Shown: positions 20,144 through 30,043 of the stretch, piece by piece
Layout of the letters: each line of letters starts with the position of its first letter
How positions within the stretch are numbered: position 1 is the first letter of the stretch
NCBI GenBank assembly: GCA_965249575.1
Contig: OZ252244.1
Location: 2,368,001-2,432,000 of the forward strand
Length of the DNA: 64,000 nt
Source of the DNA: Gemmatimonadales bacterium
Lineage (GTDB): Bacteria > Gemmatimonadota > Gemmatimonadetes > Gemmatimonadales > GWC2-71-9
Direction: 5' to 3'
Position numbers and translations under genes: made by a program
The notes under the pieces: generated by a model
What the model was told of the DNA's origin: nothing
What the model saw: only the letters and a program-made list of their open reading frames with translations
The model's database searches: none

Positions 20144-21424
20144 TGAGGCCGTCGGAGCCACGTGTCGTCGTTGTGGGCGGCGGTTTCGGTGGGCTGTATG
20201 CCGCCGCATACCTGGCGCGGTCTGAGCTCGCCGAGCGAGGAGCGAGCGTCGTCCTGATCGACCGAAGGAACTACTTCACGTTCACGCCCCTGCTTGCCGA
20301 AGTCGCCGCCGGAGCGCTCGGTCGCGAGCACGTGACGTATCCCTTTCGTGTGCTGGCAAAGAAGTACGGCTTCTCGTTCGTGCAAGATGAGCTTCTTGCG
20401 CTGCATCCGGAGGAGCGGACAATCGAGACGCGAGCGAAAACCGTCTCGTTCGACTACCTGGTTCTGGCACTAGGTTCGGAGCCCCAGTTCTACGGCAACG
20501 CAATGCTCGAGCGGGAGGGCCGGCCTCCCCCTCGCGACCGTCGACCAGGCGCTGGCGGTTCGTGCGCGGGTCATGCGTGCGCTCGAAGGGGCTACGAAGG
20601 CCGAGGACGAGAGGGAGCGGGAGCGGCTGCTCACCTTCGTCGTCGTCGCCGCCGGCGGTCCGGCAGGTGTCGAGATCGCATCAGAGATCCGGCATCTGGC
20701 GGCCGACGTCGCGAAACCGTTCTTCCCGCGATTGCCCGAGCCGCGGGTCGTGCTGGTCGACAGCGGCGAACGCATCCTCACTGCGTGGGACGAGGACTTG
20801 GCCTGCCGTGGGCTCGTCAGACTGCGGGATCGGGGGATCGACGTGCGGCTCGAGACTAGGATCGAGTCTGTACAGAACGGGCTCGTGACCATGCGGAATG
20901 GAGGCGAAGTCGACCAGGTGTCGGCAGGGGCGTTGATATGGACCGCAGGAACCGCCCCTTCACCCCTGGCTACCACGCTCCCCCTGCCGATTGAGCGGGG
21001 AGCGATTCGAGTGGACTGCTACCTGCGCGTTGAAGGCCACGAACGGATCTTCTCGATCGGCGACGTAACGACGCTTCTCGACGAGCGATCCCAACGGCCT
21101 TATCCGCGAGTCGCACCGATCGCTATCAGTCAGGGCGTTCGGGCGGCCGGGAACATCGAGAACCACGCGTTCGGCCGAGCCCTCGAGCCCTATGAGGCGT
21201 ACCATGCGGGTAAGATCGTTTCCCTGGGGGACGGCGTCGCGCTGGTCGAGATTCTCGGTATACGGATCACAGGGTTTCTGGCCTGGTGGATCTACCGCGC
21301 CGGCTACATTCTCAAGCTGGTCGGCACGAAGAACAAGGTGCGGGTCTTGGTGACCTTAGCGCTGAACCGCATCTTCGAACCAGATCTTACCTACGAGGAG
21401 CACGAGACGGGCCCAGCCGGTTGA
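20143..21424 (+). CDS. ndh: Type II NADH:quinone oxidoreductase-like FAD oxidoreductase; frameshift near 20520
   Basis: VVVVGGGFGG, RNYFTFTPLLAEVAAG, DYLVLALGS; second frame GGPAGVEIASE, IWTAG, IFSIGD. Confidence 0.8.
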
Positions 21425-21563
21425 CGTCCGGACGGCCACGTTGCGTGTGCCCGCCTGCCTTGCGGTCGGCCGCCCCGGGGCTGACACTACGCACAGCAAT
21501 GCGGACGGCGGTCGGGACATCGCGACATCCCGCCTTTTCCCATTACCACGACAGGAGATCCTC

Positions 21564-22700
21564 ATGGATCCATTGGGCCGACGAACGTTCCTCAAGAAGG
21601 CCGCGATCGGTGCCACGGGCGGGGGGCTTCTCTCGGCCTGCGGGGGCGCGGGCTCGAACGAGGTGCAGAATTCCGGGAGTGCAGGGGCATCCGGTCCTGA
21701 AGTGAGCTGGCGCGTTACCTCGAGCTTCCCCCGAGCCCTGGATATCTTATACGGCGCGGCTGAGGTGATGGCGGAGCGGGTGGCCGCGCTCACGGGGGGG
21801 CGGTTCCGCATCCGGGTCTACCCGGCCGGCGAGCTCGTCCCAGGCCTCCAAGTGATGGATGCGGTTCAGCAGGGCACCGTCCAGGCGGGGCATACCTCCA
21901 GTTACTACTACATCGGGAAACACCCGGCCTTGGCGTTCGACGCCGGTGTGCCGTTCGGCCTCACCACGCGACAACAAAATGCGTGGCTCTACCATGGCGG
22001 CGGCATCGAGCTGATCCGAGAGGTGCTTTCGGACTTCGGAATCGTCCAGTTCCCCTGCGGCAACAGCGGCGGGCAGATGGGTGGCTGGTTCCGGAGTCCG
22101 GTCGAGTCGGTTGCGGATATCAGGGGACTCCGGATGCGCATTCCGGGCCTCGGTGGTGAGGTCATGAGCCGGCTTGGCGCAACCGTCCAGGTGCTGGCCG
22201 GCGGGGACATCTTTCCGGCCCTCGAGCGCGGTGCCGTCGATGCCACCGAGTGGGTGGGTCCGCACGACGACGAGAAACTCGGATTCCACGACATTGCGAA
22301 GAACTACTACTACCCCGGCTGGCACGAGCCGGGCGTTTCGTTGAGCCTCCACGTCAATCGGAGCGCCTGGGATCAGTTGCCGGAGGCCTATCAGGAGGCC
22401 GTGGCGAGCGCGTGTAAGGAGGTCACGATCGACACGGTTGCCCAATATGACGTCGCCAATCCGAAAGCGCTGGCCCGCTTGGTAAATGACCACGACGTGC
22501 AGCTACGGCGGTTCTCAAACGAGATCCTGCGCGCCGCCTGGCTGGAGAGCAACAACCTGCTGGAAGAGCTGGCGGCCGAGAATGCTGGCTTTCGGCGGGT
22601 CTTCGACAACTGGAACGCGTTTCGGCGCACGGCCTTTCCCTACTTCGCCAGGAACGAGCTCGAGTACGAGGCGTTCGCGTTCCGGCAGTTGAGCGCCTGA
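21564..22700 (+). CDS. dctP: TRAP transporter solute-binding protein (DctP/TakP-like), Tat lipoprotein
   Basis: GRRTFLKK Tat motif, LSAC lipobox, GNSGGQMGGWF, LRMRIPG, DATEWVGPHDD, YYYPGWHE. Confidence 0.93.
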   Translation: MDPLGRRTFLKKAAIGATGGGLLSACGGAGSNEVQNSGSAGASGPEVSWRVTSSFPRALDILYGAAEVMAERVAALTGGRFRIRVYPAGELVPGLQVMDAVQQGTVQAGHTSSYYYIGKHPALAFDAGVPFGLTTRQQNAWLYHGGGIELIREVLSDFGIVQFPCGNSGGQMGGWFRSPVESVADIRGLRMRIPGLGGEVMSRLGATVQVLAGGDIFPALERGAVDATEWVGPHDDEKLGFHDIAKNYYYPGWHEPGVSLSLHVNRSAWDQLPEAYQEAVASACKEVTIDTVAQYDVANPKALARLVNDHDVQLRRFSNEILRAAWLESNNLLEELAAENAGFRRVFDNWNAFRRTAFPYFARNELEYEAFAFRQLSA

Positions 22701-22731
22701 CTACCGGGTGGCAACCGGTTGTATCACCTCC

Positions 22732-24033
22732 CTAGGCCATCGCGATGATCGATGCCAACACCAGCAGCTGTATGACGATGAATGGGATGGCTCCCCGGTA
22801 GATCGTCGTGGTGGGGATTTCCTTCGGCGTCACCCCGCGAAGGTAAAATAGCGAGAACCCGAACGGCGGCGTGAGGAACGATGTCTGGAGATTGATCGCC
22901 AGAATGATTCCCAGCCACGTCAGGTCGATTCCCAAGATCCTCGCCGGCGCAACGATCAGCGGCACGATGATGAAAGCGATCTCGAAGAAATCGATAAAGA
23001 ATCCCAGGACGAACACGATCACGTTGACGACCAGCAGGAAGCCGATGGGTCCGCCGGGCATGCTCGTGAGGATGCTCTCGATCCAGAGGTCACCGTTGAG
23101 CCCGCGAAAAACCAATGCGAATGCGGTCGAGCCGATCAACAGGAAGATCACCATGATAGTGAGCCCGGTAGTCGCCCGCATTGCCGCGTTCAGAGTCGCG
23201 TAGGACAAGCTGCGGTTTAGCGCGGCAAGGGCCATCGCACCCACAGCGCCGAGTGCGCCTGCCTCGGTCGGCGTGGCGATACCGGCGAAGATGCTGCCGA
23301 GTACCACGGCGATCAGCAGGAGCGGTGGCATCAAGGATCTCGACACTCGGAGCGCCAGCTCTCGACGCCCGAGCGACCTCGCCTCCAGCGGCAGCGCGGG
23401 TGCTGCATGGGGGGCAAAGAACGCGACGGCGCCGACATAGAGCGCGTATAACGCGGTGAGTAGAAGGCCGGGCCCGATCGCCGCCCGAAACAGGCCGCCG
23501 ACCGACACGCCCATCTGGTCACCCAACACGATGAGCACGATGCTCGGGGGGATGATCTGCCCGAGCGTTCCCGCGGCGCTGATGACACCGACACTGAGCT
23601 CGCGCTGGTAGCCGTAGCGCAGCATGATCGGCAACGAGATGAGGCCCATCGCGGTAACCGACGCGCCCACGACGCCCGTCGCCGCGGCCAACAGCATGCC
23701 CACGAACACCACCCCCAGGGCGAGCCCGCCTCGGAAGCGGCCGAACAGGATCCCGATCGTCTCGAGGAGCTGCTCTGCCAGTCGAGACTTCTCCAGCACG
23801 GTCCCCATGAAAATGAAGAATGGAACTGCGAGGAGCGTGAAGTTCGACATGGTGCCAAAGGTGCGCTCTGGCATCGCCTGCAGAAGGTTCAAGTCGAATG
23901 CGCCGGCCATCGCACCCAACACTGCAAACAGGAGAGCAGTTCCTCCTAGGCCGAACGCAACCGGGTAACCGGTAAAGATCAGAGCGAGCGCTCCGAGGAA
24001 CATCGCCGGTCCCCACAGCCCGCTTCCCATCAC
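22732..24033 (-). CDS. dctM: TRAP transporter large permease
   Basis: LLAVPFFIFMG, GTLGQIIPPSI, GIATPTEAG, QTSFLTPPFG. Confidence 0.95.
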   Translation of the reverse strand: MMGSGLWGPAMFLGALALIFTGYPVAFGLGGTALLFAVLGAMAGAFDLNLLQAMPERTFGTMSNFTLLAVPFFIFMGTVLEKSRLAEQLLETIGILFGRFRGGLALGVVFVGMLLAAATGVVGASVTAMGLISLPIMLRYGYQRELSVGVISAAGTLGQIIPPSIVLIVLGDQMGVSVGGLFRAAIGPGLLLTALYALYVGAVAFFAPHAAPALPLEARSLGRRELALRVSRSLMPPLLLIAVVLGSIFAGIATPTEAGALGAVGAMALAALNRSLSYATLNAAMRATTGLTIMVIFLLIGSTAFALVFRGLNGDLWIESILTSMPGGPIGFLLVVNVIVFVLGFFIDFFEIAFIIVPLIVAPARILGIDLTWLGIILAINLQTSFLTPPFGFSLFYLRGVTPKEIPTTTIYRGAIPFIVIQLLVLASIIAMA

Positions 24034-24623
24034 CCACCCCTTCGCACGGTGGCGGACTCGATCGCCGATCTCGACTCAGTGACTTCCCCCGCCGGCTCGA
24101 GCGCCTGTCCGGTTCGCAGGATGACGATCTGCTTGACGATCTGTGAGATTCCCTGCAACAACAACAGGGCGAAAGAAACCAGGATGATGGCCTTGATTGG
24201 ATAGCGGGCCAGGCCCCCGGGATCTGGGGAAAGCTCCCGGATGACCCACGAATTTCGGACCGCGGGCCACGATACGAACAGCATCAGCGCGCTGAACGGC
24301 ATCAGGAAGAACACGGTCCCAGCCAAGTCGATCCACGCCTTTCCCCGCACCCCAAGCCGCGAATACAGCACGTCCACTCTCACGTGATGATCACGTTTGA
24401 GCCCGTAGGCTGCCCCAAGGAGGAATACGAGACTGAACAGGTACCACTGCAGGTCGAGGAGGGCGTTGGACGTGAGCGATATCGCGGTGTATCGCGCGGC
24501 GTACCGTGCGAGCGCGTTGTATGCTCCGATGAGGACCATAGCGACGGTGAGCCACCGAATCCAGGACCCCATCATCTCGTTCAGGCGATCGATGGCGCCG
24601 GCAATTCTGATCCACCAGTGCAT
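24030..24623 (-). CDS. dctQ: TRAP transporter small permease
   Basis: DLQWYLFS...GAAYGL...HVRVDVLY, SPDPGGL; four TM segments; overlaps the dctM start. Confidence 0.92.
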   Translation of the reverse strand: MHWWIRIAGAIDRLNEMMGSWIRWLTVAMVLIGAYNALARYAARYTAISLTSNALLDLQWYLFSLVFLLGAAYGLKRDHHVRVDVLYSRLGVRGKAWIDLAGTVFFLMPFSALMLFVSWPAVRNSWVIRELSPDPGGLARYPIKAIILVSFALLLLQGISQIVKQIVILRTGQALEPAGEVTESRSAIESATVRRGG

Positions 24624-24787
24624 ACCGGTGACCTCGTCCGGGAGAGTGGTTACGGCGTTATCTGAAGATGCGTCGGGCGACGACGCCGTGGAGCAGCAAG
24701 ATCGGCGCCCTGCGGGCATCGGTCAATGAGGACTGACGAAGCGTCTGTGGGTGCGGTGTGAGGGCGGGCGGGTGCCAACGGCCGGGT

Positions 24788-25225
24788 TCAGTTAGCTACA
24801 AACGCCACTTCCAACGAGATAACCTGCCTCGCTCCGGACACGGACACGACGCGCACCCGCGCCAGACGATCGGGGATTATCACGTCGCCTCGAACCGCGG
24901 TGAGAGGGACGCCTCGTCGCGTGATCATCCAATGCCGGAGAACCGCCAGCGAGGGATTTGAACGCGAGCTGCTCGAGACCTCAGGCGGCGACGGGAGTTG
25001 GGCACCGGCGGTCGTGTCGGGCGATAGAGTGAAGGAGAAGTGCGTATTGACGCTCGAAGGCACAACGGTGGCCGACACACGAAGCATTGCCGACGCCGAT
25101 CCCTGTGCCTCCATCGGCGATGCGAGTATGACTGAGATGATCATCACGCCAAGGGCGCACCGTACTGCCGTGTGACCAAGCGTGCGATTGGTGAACGCGA
25201 ACGACCAGCGGTGCGGAAATGCCAT
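24788..25225 (-). CDS. Secreted hypothetical protein, possibly pilin-like, downstream of a c-di-GMP riboswitch
   Basis: GGAGG RBS 8 nt before ATG; signal peptide ending ASPMEA-Q; mature N-terminus GSASAMLRVSATVV. Confidence 0.65.
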   Translation of the reverse strand: MAFPHRWSFAFTNRTLGHTAVRCALGVMIISVILASPMEAQGSASAMLRVSATVVPSSVNTHFSFTLSPDTTAGAQLPSPPEVSSSSRSNPSLAVLRHWMITRRGVPLTAVRGDVIIPDRLARVRVVSVSGARQVISLEVAFVAN

Positions 25226-25231
25226 CTGTGC

Positions 25232-25331
25232 CGCCTCCGGCAGCCCGGCTGTCGGTCTCCCCGGCTCTCGCCGAGAATCGACCCGTGGCTTTGCGTCCCA
25301 CGGTTGCCCGTGGTTTGCCCTTTTCGGAGCG
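25232..25331 (-). ncRNA. c-di-GMP-I (GEMM) riboswitch
   Basis: Minus strand: CGCTCCG AAAA GGGCAAA CCACGG-GCAA-CCGTGG GACGCAAAGCCACGGGTC ... GACAGCCGGGCTGCC GGAGGCG; matches the GEMM core (GGCAAACC, GNRA-capped P2, GACGCAAAGC, P3 closing with AGCCGGGCTGCC). Confidence 0.92.
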
Positions 25332-25436
25332 GCCGCCTGGCCACTCCACGCGTGTATCTCCCCCCGCTATTGCGCGACGCCAGCGGCGGCGCGTTCCCGG
25401 GGGAAGAATGAGTTACACCTCACGTGAAAGGGTTTC

Positions 25437-25452
25437 TGTGCGCAATGTCACA
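25437..25452. promoter_or_regulatory. CRP/FNR-family-like operator
   Basis: TGTGC-GCAATG-TCACA, 9/10 match to TGTGA-N6-TCACA, in a divergent intergenic region. Confidence 0.4.
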
Positions 25453-25561
25453 CAGGCGTACGTGCGCTCGGGTTTCGCTGGACGGCGGTCGTCGAGGTGG
25501 ACATCTTTGGCTGTGCGGCGTCGTGATGAACGTGAGGTTTCTCTAGGAGCAGGGAGCCAGC

Positions 25562-27022
25562 ATGGCGAGGTGGGGAGCTTTCGTCGGGGCGCTTCTCTCG
25601 GCAGCATCCGTTCTGCTGATCGCGTGCGATCCCCAGCGCGGCGCAGGGGAAGCCGTGGCCTCCGCACCGACCGCAGCACGTTCGGCGACCGGCGAGTACA
25701 TCTCGTGGCGTGAGCATCGGATCGATGATGAGGACCTGGGCGGCGTGGCGCTCCGCGGTGGCGATGGGTTGGAAGTCGCGGATCTGGACGGCGATGGTCA
25801 TCTCGACATCGTGTCGGTGCACGAGGACAGCCACCATATCCGACTCGCGTTCGGGTCACGAGACCCGGACGCATGGGTGCGCGTGACCCTCGCCGAGGGG
25901 CGGGAGGTCGCTGACGTCGAGGATGTCCCGATCGGGGACATGAATGGTGATGGGAACCCCGATGTCATCGCTGCCTGCGAGAACGCTCACCTGATCTACT
26001 TTCAGAATCCCGGTGCCGACGCACGGAGCACGCGCTGGGAGCGGGTCATCCCAAACGCGACCGTGGGCCGTGGTTCGTTTATTCGGGTGTTTGTTGCGGA
26101 CCTGACTGGCGACGGCAGGCTCGAGGTCGTGGTGGCCAACAAAGGCACCCACGAGATACTGGACTCCGAGGGTGCGGTTATCGGGTCTGAGGAACGCGAG
26201 CGTTCCGAAATCTCGTGGTTCGACGTTCCGGCCAACCCGCTGGACGGGGCAGAGTGGTCGGAGCATGTACTCGCCCGGGTCAAAGTGCCCATCAACTCCC
26301 CGCCGATCGATCTAGACCGCGATGGTGATGTCGACGTGCTCGGCGGTTCGCGGGGTGAGTCGCGGGTGATGTGGTTCGAGAATGAGGGAGTTGCACCGGC
26401 GTTCTCGATCCATGCCATTGAAATCGCCGGCCGCACTGTTCCTCACCAGGCGGGAGAATTGCGCCTATCCGGAATGAACGTGGGTTTCGCCGATCTCAAC
26501 GGCGACGGACGGACGGACCTCGTGCTGACGGAAACACCGACGTCGGTCGTATGGCTGGAGCAATCGGCAGTGCCCACCGAGTCGTGGAGGCTCCATTCCA
26601 TTGGGTCCACGTCGCCGGACATGCTCGTGGGCGTCGCGATGGCTGATATCGATTCGGATGGCGACTCGGACGTGATGACCGGTGGGTACAGCCTTGGCCC
26701 GCGTCTGGCGGACGGCGGAGACGTGACCAGAGATGATCCGGTAGGCCGGTTGGCCTGGTTCGAGAACCCCGGCGCGTCCGAACGAAGGCCCTGGATCCGA
26801 CACGACATCTCCCGGCGCAAGCGAGGTATGTTCGACGGGTTCGTTCCACTGGATCTCGATCGCGACGGAGACGTCGACCTTCTGTCGACGCGGGGAAACA
26901 GCGGCCGGTTGGACGGGGTCTTTTGGCTCGAGCAGGTGAGAACGGAGAAGCCATCGGCATCGTTCGCACCGTCCCGGCGCACCGACAGCGAGCAGCTGCC
27001 GCTTCCATCCACGGGTCCGTGA
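25562..27022 (+). CDS. FG-GAP/VCBS repeat lipoprotein (calcium-binding beta-propeller)
   Basis: Lipobox LIAC; seven DxDxDGxxD-type motifs (DLDGDGHLD, DMNGDGNPD, DLTGDGRLE, DLDRDGDVD twice, DLNGDGRTD, DIDSDGDSD). Confidence 0.88.
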   Translation: MARWGAFVGALLSAASVLLIACDPQRGAGEAVASAPTAARSATGEYISWREHRIDDEDLGGVALRGGDGLEVADLDGDGHLDIVSVHEDSHHIRLAFGSRDPDAWVRVTLAEGREVADVEDVPIGDMNGDGNPDVIAACENAHLIYFQNPGADARSTRWERVIPNATVGRGSFIRVFVADLTGDGRLEVVVANKGTHEILDSEGAVIGSEERERSEISWFDVPANPLDGAEWSEHVLARVKVPINSPPIDLDRDGDVDVLGGSRGESRVMWFENEGVAPAFSIHAIEIAGRTVPHQAGELRLSGMNVGFADLNGDGRTDLVLTETPTSVVWLEQSAVPTESWRLHSIGSTSPDMLVGVAMADIDSDGDSDVMTGGYSLGPRLADGGDVTRDDPVGRLAWFENPGASERRPWIRHDISRRKRGMFDGFVPLDLDRDGDVDLLSTRGNSGRLDGVFWLEQVRTEKPSASFAPSRRTDSEQLPLPSTGP

Positions 27023-27056
27023 AACGGATTCAACGCTCTGCGGGAGGATTCCCATC

Positions 27057-28403
27057 GTGAACGAATCGCATCGCCTTCCCCGTGGGTTGCCTCGCAATGG
27101 GGTGAGCAGACGGGGGTTTCTGGGCTTAGTGGGAGCTGCTGGCGCCGCGGTCTCGGGATGTTCCGAGCCGTCCGGTACGCTACTTGGCGGCGGGACGGTT
27201 GGCGCGCCGAATACCGAGGCATCGCTCCGAGACAACATCTATACGCGGCTCCTCGGTATCCGGCCCCATGTCGGCGCCCACGACAACATCTCCCGCCTCG
27301 GGGGCAATCGAATGGCGCCGGAGGTCATTCGCGCGATGGCCGAGGCGAACGACTACTTCGTGGACATGCACGAACTGGGGGCGGCCGCGGGAGCCCGCAT
27401 CGCAGAGCTACTGGGCGCCGAAGCGGCACTGGTGTGCGCTGGTGGGTTCTCAGCGATGATTCTGGGTGCCGCGGCGTGCCTGACCGGCACCGACGAGGAG
27501 AAGATTGCGGCCCTCCCACACCCAACGTGGTCGAAGCGCGATTGCATCATTCAGGAAGCGCAACGATTCAGTTACGACCGGGCCTATCGCGCGGCGGGTA
27601 TGTCGAACGTCTACGTACGCACCCGGGATGAGCTCCTCGCGCGTATGGATCGCAATACGGCAATGCTTGCGGGCTTGGCGCTCGCGGAGCGACAGAGATT
27701 GTTCGCGCCACCGTTACCCAAGAAACGCGCGGCTCCGCCCGACGAGCTATTGGTCCCGCCAGACGACCTGATCGCGATCGGGAAGCAGCGAGGTGTGCCC
27801 GTTCTCATCGACATGGCGTCGGACCTCCCGCCCTGGGAGAACCTGACCCGTTTCTTCGAGGCGGGCGCTGACCTCGTCGTCATTAGCGGCGGAAAGGCCA
27901 TCGCCGGACCTCAGTCGACCGGGATCCTCGCAGGTCGGAAGGACTTGATCGCCGCTGCCGCGCTCAACGCGAGCCCAAATGAGGGTATCGGGCGGGGCAT
28001 GAAGGTCGGTAAGGAGGAAATTGTGGCGCTCGTCGTTGCGCTCGAGCGCTTCATCGGACAGGATCGCGCGGCTCTCTCCGACGAATGGAATGCACGAGCG
28101 CGGTGGCTGGCGAATCAGCTCCAGGGCATCCCGGGGCTCGAGGTGGAGTACGCCCTCAACACCGCCGAGTATGCCGACGTCGACCTCAGGTGGGACGAGG
28201 CCGTAATTCCCCTCACTCGCGATGATTTCCGGCAACGAATGAAAGAGGGTGACCCCCGCATCGAAATCGGCGTCGTGATCATGGGGTCCGTGGGCGGGAC
28301 TGCTTGGAACGCGACGGTTCGTACGCGCCTGCTGCGTGGTGGTGAGGAGGTGCTCGTCGCACGCCGTTTGCGAAATATGTTCGAGGGAGTGGCACGCGGC
28401 TAG
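27057..28403 (+). CDS. SelA/DgaE-like PLP-dependent enzyme with Tat lipoprotein signal
   Basis: SRRGFLG Tat motif, VSGC lipobox, GAEAALV, VPVLIDMA, GADLVVISGGKAIAGPQSTG (PLP lysine), IGRGMKVGKEEI. Confidence 0.85.
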   Translation: MNESHRLPRGLPRNGVSRRGFLGLVGAAGAAVSGCSEPSGTLLGGGTVGAPNTEASLRDNIYTRLLGIRPHVGAHDNISRLGGNRMAPEVIRAMAEANDYFVDMHELGAAAGARIAELLGAEAALVCAGGFSAMILGAAACLTGTDEEKIAALPHPTWSKRDCIIQEAQRFSYDRAYRAAGMSNVYVRTRDELLARMDRNTAMLAGLALAERQRLFAPPLPKKRAAPPDELLVPPDDLIAIGKQRGVPVLIDMASDLPPWENLTRFFEAGADLVVISGGKAIAGPQSTGILAGRKDLIAAAALNASPNEGIGRGMKVGKEEIVALVVALERFIGQDRAALSDEWNARARWLANQLQGIPGLEVEYALNTAEYADVDLRWDEAVIPLTRDDFRQRMKEGDPRIEIGVVIMGSVGGTAWNATVRTRLLRGGEEVLVARRLRNMFEGVARG

Positions 28404-28433
28404 GTCAGAGTCCTCCGCTGGCATCGGGCCGGC

Positions 28434-29849
28434 CTATGGGAAGATCCCGCGTTCGCTATAGGCGACGGCAATCTTTTCGATCGCGCTGATGAATGCTCCC
28501 GTACGAAAGTCCACGTCCGGCCCGCGGGACTCCCTGATCGCCGCGATCTCGTTGTAGGCCACGATCATCGTGTCCTCGAGACCGGAGTTGACCAAATCTT
28601 CTTCGTCGGCCCCCCGCGTTGAATGCATCATGGCGGTATCGGAGAACTCCTTCCCGGTGAGGCTCTCGACTGCCTCCAAGACACGTGTTGCGGCCGCCTC
28701 CTCGAACCGCTTCTCCATCCGGCCAAACCGCACATGTGACAGATTCTTGAGCCATTCGAAGTACGATACCGTCACCCCCCCGGCGTTGAGGTAGGTGTCC
28801 GGAATGATCATGATCCCCTTTTCTTTGAGGAGCACATCTGCATCGCCGGTGGTGGGGCCGTTGGCCGCCTCGGCGACGATCTTGGCCTTGACCCGCCGCG
28901 CATTCTCATCCGTGATCTGGTTTTCGAGTGCCGCGGGAACGAGGATGTCGCACTCGAGCTCTAGTGCTGCCGAAGCATCGGCCAAGTTGCTGGCGCCCGG
29001 GAAGTCCAGGATGGATTGAGTCTCACTCCGGTGGGCGACGACGGCGTCGACATCGAGTCCATTCTTGCTGACGATGGATCCCTCGCGCTCGGCCAGTCCC
29101 ACGACACTGGCGCCCCCCTCTCGGAGGAACTTGGCCGCGTGGTATCCGACGTTTCCCAGGCCCTGCACGACGACGCGCTTGCCTTCCAGCCCAGTCGAGA
29201 GTCCCAGAGACTTCATGTCGGCGGCGTTTCTGCACGCCTCACGGATGCCAAAGAACACGCCTCGCCCCGTTGCCTCGACCCGCCCTCGAATGCCGCCCAT
29301 GCTGACCGGCTTCCCTGTCACACACGCCTCGGCGTTTATGTCGCCGCTCGCAAGTGTCATGTAGGTGTCGGCAATCCATGCCATCTCAGCCGGCCCGGTT
29401 CCGTAGTCCGGGGCGGGCACATCGACGCTGCTTCCGATGAAATCCTTGCGGGCCAGCTCGAACGCGTAGCGGCGGGTGATCCGCTCGAGCTCTTCCGCCG
29501 AGTAGTTACGGCGAGAGATCTTGACGCCGCCCTTGGCGCCGCCGAACGGAACGTCGACAATCGCGCACTTGTACGACATGAGTGCCGCTAACGCCATCAC
29601 CTCCTCGGGTCCCACGACCCCGCTGTAGCGAATCCCACCCTTGGTGGGCAGGCGATGGTGGCTGTGCTCCGCCCGCCAACCGTGGATGACCTCGATGGAC
29701 CCGTCGTCTCGGCGAAGCGGGAACGTGATGTAATAGAGGCAGTTGCACTCGCGGATCTGGTTGAGCAGCGTGGGATCGAGCTTCGTGAATGCGGCCGCTC
29801 GGTCAAACCCTTGGTTGACCTGCTGGAGAAAGTTGTACTCGGCGGACAT
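28434..29849 (-). CDS. gdhA: Glutamate dehydrogenase (Glu/Leu/Phe/Val family)
   Basis: PTKGGIRY, VPFGGAKGG, DVPAPD, VTGKP, VQGLGNVG, NAGGVTVSYFEW. Confidence 0.95.
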   Translation of the reverse strand: MSAEYNFLQQVNQGFDRAAAFTKLDPTLLNQIRECNCLYYITFPLRRDDGSIEVIHGWRAEHSHHRLPTKGGIRYSGVVGPEEVMALAALMSYKCAIVDVPFGGAKGGVKISRRNYSAEELERITRRYAFELARKDFIGSSVDVPAPDYGTGPAEMAWIADTYMTLASGDINAEACVTGKPVSMGGIRGRVEATGRGVFFGIREACRNAADMKSLGLSTGLEGKRVVVQGLGNVGYHAAKFLREGGASVVGLAEREGSIVSKNGLDVDAVVAHRSETQSILDFPGASNLADASAALELECDILVPAALENQITDENARRVKAKIVAEAANGPTTGDADVLLKEKGIMIIPDTYLNAGGVTVSYFEWLKNLSHVRFGRMEKRFEEAAATRVLEAVESLTGKEFSDTAMMHSTRGADEEDLVNSGLEDTMIVAYNEIAAIRESRGPDVDFRTGAFISAIEKIAVAYSERGIFP

Positions 29850-30043
29850 CTAGTGGCTCCCGGTTCACACCTTGAAGTAACGACGGGGTCGCATGCCCGC
29901 CAGGGCATGCGCGCGGCGATTGGCGAATCCCTGTGGTCTGGATCACAAGCGACGCGCGACGACTGGTGTTAGAGTAACAAAACGGTACGTCGGTGGCGCT
30001 CGACCGTCCGACCACAGATCAACGACGGAGAAAACGGACAGAT

